From sequence record MK250028.1: a stretch of DNA of 64,000 nucleotides; one strand, 5' to 3'. The notes under the pieces are model-generated. The model was not told the DNA's origin, did no database searches, and saw nothing but the letters and a program-made list of their open reading frames with translations. Shown here in pieces: positions 49,757 to 57,820 of this stretch (position 1 is its first letter; each line of letters opens with the position of its first letter). The position numbers and the translations under genes were made by a program.

Positions 49757-49954
49757 TCATTGCTCTTTTATTTTTCTTAAAATAAATTTAGGTTCTTGAT
49801 AATAAAAATAATCTATTGTTTTATCATCTATAATGTTCAAATTATATAATGCTTGTGAAAACCTAATATCCTTATATGTCGTAAGATACTTCTTTAATAT
49901 ATCTAATATTTCCATATTAGCATTGTATCTCTCAAATGTTTCTTTAGCTTCCAT
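49757..49954 (-). CDS. Hypothetical protein (65 aa)
   Basis: Track ORF with DIRFSQALYNL. Confidence 0.7.
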   Translation of the reverse strand: MEAKETFERYNANMEILDILKKYLTTYKDIRFSQALYNLNIIDDKTIDYFYYQEPKFILRKIKEQ

Positions 49955-50352
49955 TAGAATAACGGATTAATTTTTATCTCGTTTGTTTTACTATATTCTT
50001 GTACATCTAAATTCAATGTTTCATTTAGCCAATCAGCAATTAAATGTCTGTGACAAAATTCATCTGGTTTTTCAAAACAACATAAAGCACAATCTTTATT
50101 ACCTGTTATAAACTTTAATCTATCTATAAATAAAGTTGGTTCTTTAAATATAGATAAAACTTCAGCTTTATATCGTTTTCTAAACTCTTGATGATTGCTT
50201 CTACAATTATTCAATATATCTGGTGTAGGTGCGATACTTGCTAAGTTAACCCCTTTGAAATCATTTGGCGGATAACAACACACACCTATAGGAATAATAT
50301 TATTCTTTATAAGATTATTAATATTACCAAAATAGCTTGTATATATTTTCAT
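49954..50352 (-). CDS. DUF488-family protein
   Basis: MKIYTSYFG start, LASIAPT, ALCCFEKPDEFCHRHLIADWL. Confidence 0.85.
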   Translation of the reverse strand: MKIYTSYFGNINNLIKNNIIPIGVCCYPPNDFKGVNLASIAPTPDILNNCRSNHQEFRKRYKAEVLSIFKEPTLFIDRLKFITGNKDCALCCFEKPDEFCHRHLIADWLNETLNLDVQEYSKTNEIKINPLF

Positions 50353-50561
50353 ACACGAAATAAACTATATATTTCATTATAAGTTTCTTTTGATATTGGA
50401 TATGATACTATATTACAATATTCTCCGAAATTCTGATCAACATCTACCATATAACCTTGTTTATATGTATCATAATAGCATCTTACTATATGTGAAACAT
50501 TAACTAAACCTGAAGATGTATCAATAAATTTATTATAATTTTTATTTTTTAACTTAATCAT
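50349..50561 (-). CDS. Hypothetical protein (70 aa)
   Basis: Likely start ATG 50561 (MIKLKNK); the longer track start overlaps the divergent gene. Confidence 0.65.
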   Translation of the reverse strand: MIKLKNKNYNKFIDTSSGLVNVSHIVRCYYDTYKQGYMVDVDQNFGEYCNIVSYPISKETYNEIYSLFRV

Positions 50562-50620
50562 AATACTAAAACTATATAACTTAATGTTTATATAATATAT
50601 AAATGTTTTTGTTTTATTTA

Positions 50621-50944
50621 ATGGGAGGTTTTGTTTATTTAATTTGCGATCCTGAATAGAATTGTTATAAAATAGGTGTAACAAGGAATATAGCATAGAA
50701 TAGATTAAAGTAGTTATAGACTGGTAACTCATCAAAATTACATATGGTTTCAAATATATATTGTGAATATCCTTTTAGACTTGAAACAATGTTACATAAT
50801 AAATTCAATCATAAACGTGCAAATGGTGAATGGTTCTATTTAGAATAGGAAGATATAAGTAATTTTAAAACTATATGTGAAGAAACAATATAGATGATTA
50901 ATGTAATGAAAGATAATCCATTCTTTAGTAAAGATTTAAAATGA
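50621..50944 (+). CDS. T5orf172 / GIY-YIG-superfamily nuclease-like protein (107 aa)
   Basis: Absent from the track; GFVYLI..YKIGVT..RLKQLQTGN..LE..LH..F..KR..GEWF; six TAG and no CAA/CAG. Confidence 0.88.
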
Positions 50945-50990
50945 ATAAAGGTGATATAAGAATAATAAAACTTATATCGCCTTTATTTTT
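50944..50990. terminator. Bidirectional terminator
   Basis: AATAAAGGTGATATAAG/CTTATATCGCCTTTATT stem. Confidence 0.85.
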
Positions 50991-51264
50991 AATTATCTTT
51001 CTTTTCTAATTCCTTATTAATATAATCCATATCTTCATCTGTTAAATCGCCAAATAATGTGAATAAATCTTTATTAATAAGTCCATATCTCATAAGATAT
51101 GCTAATGTCATTCTTACAGCATAATCTGCAATATCATAAGTTGTTGTAACTTCTAAATTTTGTAAATCTGGATTATTACCAACTACATTAGAAACTTTAT
51201 CAACAATCTTATCACATGTTTTTTTCATTGAATTTAATTCATTATTTGTTAATTTGGTACTCAT
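50989..51264 (-). CDS. Hypothetical protein (91 aa)
   Basis: Likely start ATG 51264 (MSTKLTNNE); the longer track start runs into the terminator. Confidence 0.7.
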   Translation of the reverse strand: MSTKLTNNELNSMKKTCDKIVDKVSNVVGNNPDLQNLEVTTTYDIADYAVRMTLAYLMRYGLINKDLFTLFGDLTDEDMDYINKELEKKDN

Positions 51265-51329
51265 AATATCATTAAATAATTTAATTATTATATTACAACG
51301 ATATGCATAAAGTTTAGAAATAAAAAATG

Positions 51330-51361
51330 AGTTATTAGACTTATGCACAATCTAATAACTC
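51330..51361 (-). terminator. Intrinsic terminator closing candidate ncRNA-2
   Basis: GAGTTATTAGA/TCTAATAACTC stem followed by ATTTTTT on the minus strand. Confidence 0.8.
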
Positions 51362-52386
51362 ACAAACACTTTATTCTAAATTTATTATATTTACATCTTA
51401 TTTAAAGATGTCCCTCATGTTGTTATTTGTACGAACATAAGTTTCTGCCTCTTATGATTCACTTTAACGTTTGCCCGTTATATAATGAATGTTCATACTG
51501 AACTTCGTTATGTCCATAAGGACAAATGGCTGAGAACTTGACCAACACCGACTCTCAATGCTGTAACGTTGGAGTTACATGTTCACACAACTCTTATTTC
51601 TAAGAGGTTGAGAGCATACCCACGACTTTTGTAAAAAATCGTAAACTCTTACTTGATAGGTTTCATAGAAATTCATTTCATACCAACTTCCTTGGAAGGA
51701 TTCAATGTGTCCCCACATTTAGCACGATACTACTCTTACTATTCTCATGTCTTTCCTTGCGGTACTCGAATCATGTCTACATATTACAGTAGAATAAGGG
51801 TATTTTAACCACCAAGTGTCGCACACTTTTGCTTATACATAATTATATGTTAAATAAAATAATTTCCAATATTATTATTCTTATTATATATTCTTTAGAC
51901 TTGAAAGACGAGGTGCGACCAATAGCATTTCTTCCTTTTGAGAAGAACCCACTAAATCGCCTTTCTGAAATTTCGTTACACCAATGTAACCATATTTCTA
52001 CTCTTATAACTTACCTATTGTTTTTCAATAGTAATCTTACCATTTCTGAAACAAGTTACCAGCTTGTATAAATTATTTGGTTTATAATTTATATAAGATT
52101 CATTATAACAATTAATATTAGCACTGGGAATTGGTATTCCGATCACTAAATATCCATAAACTTAAACTCCTATTGTATTACTACTCACATCAGTTGTCTA
52201 TCAAACTTCCAATGTATATAAACTTCATCTCAGGAATTATCCCATCAATTTCCCATTTATACAAGCACTTACTAAGTTTGGTTTTCTGTAGAATGCTCAT
52301 TATTCATAAACATCGATAAACATGTCTACTGTTTACCTTTATCACATCACTGCTTTATCCTTACCCCACCGAAACCATGGGTTTAT

Positions 52387-52400
52387 ATTTCAAAGAACTC
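52387..52400 (-). promoter_or_regulatory. boxA-like antitermination element GAGTTCTTTGAAAT
   Basis: Exact copy of 46244-46257, about 30 nt downstream of the predicted start site. Confidence 0.65.
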
Positions 52401-52437
52401 ATCTTGAATAAAATAAATTCATTCAAATTTTATACTT

Positions 52438-52466
52438 ATTATATAATCAATAATTTAAAAAGTCTA
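52438..52466 (-). promoter_or_regulatory. Sigma70-like promoter TAGACT-N17-TATAAT (P2 of ncRNA-2)
   Basis: -35 at 52461-52466, -10 at 52438-52443. Confidence 0.7.
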
Positions 52467-52553
52467 TATTTTAATAGATATATTTCAAAATTTTTATTGT
52501 TAACTGTTATTAAAAATATTAAATATTAAAATCTTTTTAAACTTGATTCTAAA

Positions 52554-52582
52554 TTTATATATTAAATTAAATAGAAAGTCTA
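52554..52582 (-). promoter_or_regulatory. Sigma70-like promoter TAGACT-N17-TATAAA (P1 of ncRNA-2)
   Basis: -35 at 52577-52582, -10 at 52554-52559. Confidence 0.6.
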
Positions 52583-52608
52583 TATTTCAATACAATATTT
52601 TTAAAAAA

Positions 52609-52785
52609 TTATTTTAAACAATATTCTAAATCAAATATAAAGTCGCCTAATAGTTCAATCTTTTTCCTAATAAGTTCTGATTCTAAATCAAATTTATGAT
52701 CTATACAAAAATTTAATTCAATATATAACTTATCTCTATTAGATTTCCATTTATCTATTAATTCTTTCTTTGTTAATTTTTCCAT
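52609..52785 (-). CDS. Hypothetical protein (58 aa)
   Basis: MEKLTKKELIDKWKS...FDLEYCLK; starts 1 nt after the upstream stop. Confidence 0.65.
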   Translation of the reverse strand: MEKLTKKELIDKWKSNRDKLYIELNFCIDHKFDLESELIRKKIELLGDFIFDLEYCLK

Positions 52786-52786
52786 C

Positions 52787-53287
52787 TTAAAAATTCATTA
52801 TATTTACACCAGCAATAGAAAGAAATTTTATATTCTTAATAATTTCACATGCTTTATCTTCTGGAAATATAATTTTAAAATCATCATAAACATCCATCAC
52901 TTCTTGCCATTTACATTCATCTCTTGGTGCTTCCATAGAAGTATATATTTTAGCAATAAGCATTCTTTTTTTAAATTGATTATAAAACGTACTTCTTGGA
53001 TACATCCCATGTTCATATCCTCCATTTGGATGATGTCCCATCCAATCAGGTTCAATATAATGACTCCATTTTACTCCTTCAAAATATAAAGTCTTATCTG
53101 GTTTTACACTAATAGAAATACTTTTATTTTTATCTTTTTGATATTCTATAAATTCAAGAAAATTATTTAATGCATCAAGATATTTCTCTGCATATTCTGC
53201 TTCTTCTTTTTTATCAAAAATATAACTAAAACCAAAAGTATTATCTACAACTTCATATTTTACTTTTGTCTCAATCTTATTAATCAT
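52787..53287 (-). CDS. Hypothetical protein (~166 aa)
   Basis: Track ORF; likely start at 53287 or 53311. Confidence 0.75.
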   Translation of the reverse strand: MINKIETKVKYEVVDNTFGFSYIFDKKEEAEYAEKYLDALNNFLEFIEYQKDKNKSISISVKPDKTLYFEGVKWSHYIEPDWMGHHPNGGYEHGMYPRSTFYNQFKKRMLIAKIYTSMEAPRDECKWQEVMDVYDDFKIIFPEDKACEIIKNIKFLSIAGVNIMNF

Positions 53288-53303
53288 ATTATTATTTTTA
53301 TAA

Positions 53304-53456
53304 TTAATCATTTTCTCCCCATGGTAATTCACTATCTGGATCTATTACATCACCACCATGATTACCATCTACATTAAAACCTGATTGAAAATTACTCATA
53401 ATATTCATGTCAACAGGAATAACATTAATATTTGGTTTTATATAATTCTTTTTCAT
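53304..53456 (-). CDS. 50-aa Bacteroidetes-type YxKP leader peptide (MKKNYIKPNINVIPVD...PWGEND)
   Basis: Below the track cut-off; MKKxYIKP start, acidic Gly/Asp-rich core, Trp near the C-terminus. Confidence 0.7.
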   Translation of the reverse strand: MKKNYIKPNINVIPVDMNIMSNFQSGFNVDGNHGGDVIDPDSELPWGEND

Positions 53457-53499
53457 ATTAAAATTCTTCAACTCGTTATTCAAATAATGTTTTCTAAAA

Positions 53500-53778
53500 T
53501 TATTTAACTGTTACTTTAATTTTAGATTCTGTTACCTTTCCATTAACTACAGTATTTATAGTATCAATAGAAATAGAATCCAAACTCTTAATGAATACAT
53601 TAGGAATTTTTTCTATAGTAATTAAACTATCTCTATATTGAATAGAATCTTTACTCAAATTAATTGTATCATGTATAGGTTCTTGATTCAAACTAGGAAT
53701 ATGTTTATTAATCCAAAAATATTGAACAGCAATACCAATAATAATTCCAATAATAAATGTCCAAAAAATATGTTTCAT
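53500..53778 (-). CDS. N-terminally anchored membrane protein (92 aa)
   Basis: Single TM at residues ~4-22; five D-(S/T)-(I/L) motifs. Confidence 0.75.
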   Translation of the reverse strand: MKHIFWTFIIGIIIGIAVQYFWINKHIPSLNQEPIHDTINLSKDSIQYRDSLITIEKIPNVFIKSLDSISIDTINTVVNGKVTESKIKVTVK

Positions 53779-53802
53779 TTTTCTATATTATTTAAAATAA
53801 AA

Positions 53803-54009
53803 TTAAACTTTTAAATTAACTAAATCTTTATACTTTATTTCTTTATACTTTGTTTTATTAATAGATATAAAAATAGGCTTATCAGTATAACTTTTATAAT
53901 AATTTAACGATTCGTCTTTACTAATAAACCACTTTGTTTCTTTATCTAAAATTTTTCCAGATAAACTTCTTCCTAATCCTATCCGAATAATAATATTATT
54001 TTTCAACAT
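53803..54009 (-). CDS. Hypothetical protein (68 aa)
   Basis: Track ORF, ends TAA. Confidence 0.55.
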   Translation of the reverse strand: MLKNNIIIRIGLGRSLSGKILDKETKWFISKDESLNYYKSYTDKPIFISINKTKYKEIKYKDLVNLKV

Positions 54010-54051
54010 AATTAAAAATAATTTTTCAAAAAGAAATTTATAAATTAATTA

Positions 54052-54485
54052 NNNNNNNNNNNNNNNNNNNNNNNNNNNNNNNNNNNNNNNNNNNNNNNNN
54101 NNNNNNNNNNNNNNNNNNNNNNNNNNNNNNNNNNNNNNNNNNNNNNNNNNNNNNNNNNNNNNNNNNNNNNNNNNNNNNNNNNNNNNNNNNNNNNNNNNNN
54201 NNNNNNNNNNNNNNNNNNNNNNNNNNNNNNNNNNNNNNNNNNNNNNNNNNNNNNNNNNNNNNNNNNNNNNNNNNNNNNNNNNNNNNNNNNNNNNNNNNNN
54301 NNNNNNNNNNNNNNNNNNNNNNNNNNNNNNNNNNNNNNNNNNNNNNNNNNNNNNNNNNNNNNNNNNNNNNNNNNNNNNNNNNNNNNNNNNNNNNNNNNNN
54401 NNNNNNNNNNNNNNNNNNNNNNNNNNNNNNNNNNNNNNNNNNNNNNNNNNNNNNNNNNNNNNNNNNNNNNNNNNNNNNNNNNNNN
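54052..54485. other. Assembly gap (434 N)
   Basis: Run of N. Confidence 1.
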
Positions 54486-54503
54486 TTTATAATTTGTTGT
54501 AAA

Positions 54504-55226
54504 TCAATTCTTTAACTTATTTACTGTATTATTAAATACATTATTAAACTCTTCTTCTGTTATATAAGACATCTTTTCATCTAAACGTTCATCCAATACG
54601 TCTTTAATATCGACTGATTCTCTTTTAATCATGAAATAATCAGTTCCGTCTAACCATGATTTTACTAATACTCTTGTAATATCTAAATTACCTTGATAAT
54701 CTTTATCTATACCATGAATCTTTACATACTCATATACAGGTATAAATTTATCTGATATTTTTTCATCTTTTTCTTTATCAGATAAATTTTGTGTTTCTAA
54801 ATCATCAATGAATTTAGTGAATAATGTTTTATTAAATTCTATACGAGTTGTTCTGTTCTTTAAATATGATACAGGTAAAATAGGCACTTCTGTTGTAATG
54901 GGGAAATCATCACTTAAAGGACATATTTGTTCTACAACCCAAACGATATATTCATTATTAACATTGAATTTATTTAGATTATATGTTTGTCGTTTATCAT
55001 GACTTAAATTCCACACTTTATCAGAATAAGGAATGACTGCAATATATGTTTCATTAAAAATATCTTTTCCTAATTGTTCAGATGTAACTTTACATTTATT
55101 TGATTCATCATCTCTATGATAATTGATACAATATAATTTTACTCCATCAGGAATTAAGATTTTATTTTCACATGATTCATACGCAAATCTCCAAATCTTA
55201 TATTCTTTATATTTTGCTTTACTCAT
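54504..55226 (-). CDS. Hypothetical protein (240 aa)
   Basis: Track ORF, ends TGA. Confidence 0.8.
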   Translation of the reverse strand: MSKAKYKEYKIWRFAYESCENKILIPDGVKLYCINYHRDDESNKCKVTSEQLGKDIFNETYIAVIPYSDKVWNLSHDKRQTYNLNKFNVNNEYIVWVVEQICPLSDDFPITTEVPILPVSYLKNRTTRIEFNKTLFTKFIDDLETQNLSDKEKDEKISDKFIPVYEYVKIHGIDKDYQGNLDITRVLVKSWLDGTDYFMIKRESVDIKDVLDERLDEKMSYITEEEFNNVFNNTVNKLKN

Positions 55227-55243
55227 TATTTACTTATATTATT

Positions 55244-55552
55244 TTATCTTCCTATACAATCATCATCTCCCCATCGGTTTTTAATTACTAATCCATTATC
55301 ATCTATAAAACAATTACATTTCATTCCAAGTTGAATATATAATGATTTTTCATAATTTATTGTTATAGGAAGTTCACCATATATAGTGTATGTGTTATCT
55401 TTATTCATAATACATATATTACCATATGTTTCAGGATATTTTGGATATGATCTATTGCGTTCTGCAAAAGCAATATTTAATTTTAAGATATGAATTTTTA
55501 TATAATTTGGTATTTCATCCATATCTTTTTGTTGAATAGTTTCGTTTTTCAT
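55244..55552 (-). CDS. Hypothetical protein (102 aa)
   Basis: Track ORF, ends TAA. Confidence 0.7.
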   Translation of the reverse strand: MKNETIQQKDMDEIPNYIKIHILKLNIAFAERNRSYPKYPETYGNICIMNKDNTYTIYGELPITINYEKSLYIQLGMKCNCFIDDNGLVIKNRWGDDDCIGR

Positions 55553-55565
55553 ATATTTAAAATAA

Positions 55566-55620
55566 AACTTAAGAAAAACTTAAGAAAATGATTAAATTCT
55601 CTATGTTTTTCTTAAGTTTT
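55566..55620. repeat. Inverted repeat containing a direct repeat (AAAACTTAAGA twice) / putative terminator
   Basis: AAAAACTTAAGAAAA pairs with TTTTCTTAAGTTTTT. Confidence 0.6.
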
Positions 55621-55706
55621 TCTAAGAAATTTTGATGTATTTTTCAAACGAGTATACTCCTACTGTAAATTCAAAAATACTCGTTTTAGATACTTAAAAC
55701 AGTACA

Positions 55707-56357
55707 TTATTTTTGATTAACACTTGAGTTATATTCAGCTCTAACTTTCTCAATTGCATCACACATATTTACAGACTTTCCTGTATTCTTATCAATCGTA
55801 TTACAATCATCTTCTGGATCACCGACAAGTTCTTTGTATACTTCATATGCCTCTGGAAATTCATCCTTCAACTTATTAACAGTAGTAATATTATTCAATA
55901 CACAAAGAACAGACTTTCCCCATTTTGCAATATCAAACATTTTCATAAGAATCTGTTTGCATTCATTAAACAAATCAGGATGATTACTCTTAAGATATTT
56001 AAGAACATTCTCTGAATTATATCCTGAATTCTTTGTATCATTAAACATCTTTAAAAATACATTATGAATTTCAAAATCAGGATAATAAAAGCAATTCAAG
56101 CATTCACAACGTTTTGGCTCTTCTCCTTTCTCAAAGAAATAATGTCCATAAATGCGAACAGTATTCATATCCATAAATTTTTCGTGGTCCTTAATAAAAT
56201 CACGAACATCCTTTGGTACTTGATTAAACAAAAATCTAGAAATCTCTTCAGACTTCTCCTTAATTTGTGGAGTAATTTCCTTTGCACAACGATTACGATA
56301 CATGCGATTTGCAATATGTTCTCTTACTTCTTTAGTTAACTTCTTATATGCTACCAT
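55707..56357 (-). CDS. Hypothetical protein, possibly Nmad5-like (216 aa)
   Basis: KLTKEVREHI N-terminus and ITTVNKLKDEFPEAY C-terminus resemble Nmad5 (weak, from memory). Confidence 0.45.
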   Translation of the reverse strand: MVAYKKLTKEVREHIANRMYRNRCAKEITPQIKEKSEEISRFLFNQVPKDVRDFIKDHEKFMDMNTVRIYGHYFFEKGEEPKRCECLNCFYYPDFEIHNVFLKMFNDTKNSGYNSENVLKYLKSNHPDLFNECKQILMKMFDIAKWGKSVLCVLNNITTVNKLKDEFPEAYEVYKELVGDPEDDCNTIDKNTGKSVNMCDAIEKVRAEYNSSVNQK

Positions 56358-56389
56358 TTTTTACTAATAATTAAAATGTTAAATATATT

Positions 56390-56947
56390 TTATTTTTTTC
56401 TCTTTACTTTAGTATATGGATCATTCCATACGCCTTCAATAATCAATTTACCATGTGGAATATTAAATTTTGTTTCAATATCCTCTATAGTTACCGTATA
56501 TTTTTTTGAATTCTCTTTATCTGAATTAATCTTATTTCTTAATTCTTTTTCTTTTTGCTTACGATATTCATTGCATTCAATAGGATTATCAAATAATGCA
56601 ATATCCCATTTATTAGGATTAACATTCCGAGATACCTGATGAATACCTAAATTATAAGGGATCATAGATTTTACTTTTGTATATGATAATTTATTTTCAC
56701 GAACAATTTTATCTATTAATGATTCTACTGCAGGTGAATATGGAGTAAAGAAAGCATACTTATTTTTATGTTCATCTAATTTTACAATTACAGGAACAAT
56801 AAAATTAAAAGATACTTTCCCCTTATTCAATATAATAGGGCATGCCCATATTAACTTATTAAAATCTTTACTTAAAAAATCAACATAAGGTGTAAAATCA
56901 TTAGGCATCAATAAGTTATCTAATGATTTAATATTAATAATTCTCAT
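56390..56947 (-). CDS. Hypothetical protein (185 aa)
   Basis: Track ORF; paralog-like to the next gene. Confidence 0.75.
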   Translation of the reverse strand: MRIINIKSLDNLLMPNDFTPYVDFLSKDFNKLIWACPIILNKGKVSFNFIVPVIVKLDEHKNKYAFFTPYSPAVESLIDKIVRENKLSYTKVKSMIPYNLGIHQVSRNVNPNKWDIALFDNPIECNEYRKQKEKELRNKINSDKENSKKYTVTIEDIETKFNIPHGKLIIEGVWNDPYTKVKRKK

Positions 56948-57016
56948 ATTTTCTTATTTTGTTAAAATAATATAAACATTTTTAGTATATTTTAATATAA
57001 TAATTGTTAACTGTTA

Positions 57017-57706
57017 TTAATATAAATCTCGATGAAGAGATGAATCAAATAAACAATTCATAGATTCATATGAATCAACAATTATAAGTTCATCTGGTTT
57101 AATACCTAATAAATTTGTAATATCTGTAATTGTATATACATGATGTCCATCTGTTTGTTTCTTTAACATTTTATAGTAATTCTCAAATGCTTTACGATAA
57201 CCTTCAGCATCTTCGTATGAAGCAAAAATTTTTGCATTCTTTGCAGAATTCTCTAAAAATGTTAATTTTGATTCATTATCTTTTTCATATACATTCAATG
57301 TAATCCAATCATAACGAACATTAAAAGTTAAATCGATCTTTTTCTTATTAAGTTCCTTTGCGGATATTGAAGTGATACCTAAGGTTGTACTAAATTTATT
57401 AATAAGATTATATGTACTAATTCCTATAAGTGAGTAATTTTCACGATTGAGATATACAGAATGATCAATATTATTCTTACGAATAAATGCAGGAATAATT
57501 TTATTGTTATAAATTCTATCATTCCTATATTGAATAGTACAAACCCATACAATACGATATGGAATATTACAAGTAACTGGATTATTCATTACTTTCTTAA
57601 TATTCTCATCTGATGTGATATAATTGTCAAGTTCTTTTGTTGTATCAATAAAGAACTTATTATATGAATTTAATTCATCACGCAATTCATTTAAAGACTT
57701 TTTCAT
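57017..57706 (-). CDS. Hypothetical protein (229 aa)
   Basis: Track ORF, ends TAA. Confidence 0.75.
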   Translation of the reverse strand: MKKSLNELRDELNSYNKFFIDTTKELDNYITSDENIKKVMNNPVTCNIPYRIVWVCTIQYRNDRIYNNKIIPAFIRKNNIDHSVYLNRENYSLIGISTYNLINKFSTTLGITSISAKELNKKKIDLTFNVRYDWITLNVYEKDNESKLTFLENSAKNAKIFASYEDAEGYRKAFENYYKMLKKQTDGHHVYTITDITNLLGIKPDELIIVDSYESMNCLFDSSLHRDLY

Positions 57707-57735
57707 TATCTATTGTTTTTTAATTATTCATTATT

Positions 57736-57747
57736 ACAAAGATACAT
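57736..57747 (-). promoter_or_regulatory. Bacteroidetes-type promoter TATCTTTG, copy 5
   Basis: ATGTATCTTTGT upstream of ATG 57706. Confidence 0.8.
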
Positions 57748-57820
57748 AAATTATATGTAAAATAAAAAAGTCTGACTAAATATTTCTATTTAATCAGACA
57801 TTATTAACAATATTTAATTT

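Larger units (their letters stand above)
51330..52431 (-). ncRNA. Candidate large structured ncRNA-2 (~1100 nt, possibly two RNAs split near 51840)
   Basis: No credible ORF; tandem promoters and a boxA-like leader; nested stems with G-U pairs valid only on the minus strand; CC-GCAA-GG tetraloop flanked by AGTA/GAAA. Confidence 0.65.

Noticed and set aside
51615-51650. CCCACGACTTTT as an IS200/IS605 end or HEARO/omega RNA start
   Set aside because: No TnpA/TnpB/IscB ORF nearby, the canonical palindrome is incomplete, and G-U pairing favours the opposite strand; Infernal could still overturn this.
51750-51790. GATTCGAGT as a tRNA T-loop; GAGTACCGCAAGGAAAG as a 23S rRNA fragment
   Set aside because: No cloverleaf, and the rRNA-like match does not extend; kept only as a structural motif of the ncRNA candidate.
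51829-52319. Track ORFs 51829..52071 and 52131..52319 (+)
   Set aside because: No motifs, antisense to the promoter-boxA-terminator unit, and starts not supported.
52545-52695. Repeated ATTCTAAAT(C)AAAT as iterons or an origin
   Set aside because: Two of the three copies are the FDLE codons of the 58-aa ORF 52609..52785.
54052-54485. Sequence within the N gap
   Set aside because: Not observable; a small gene or repeat could be missing.
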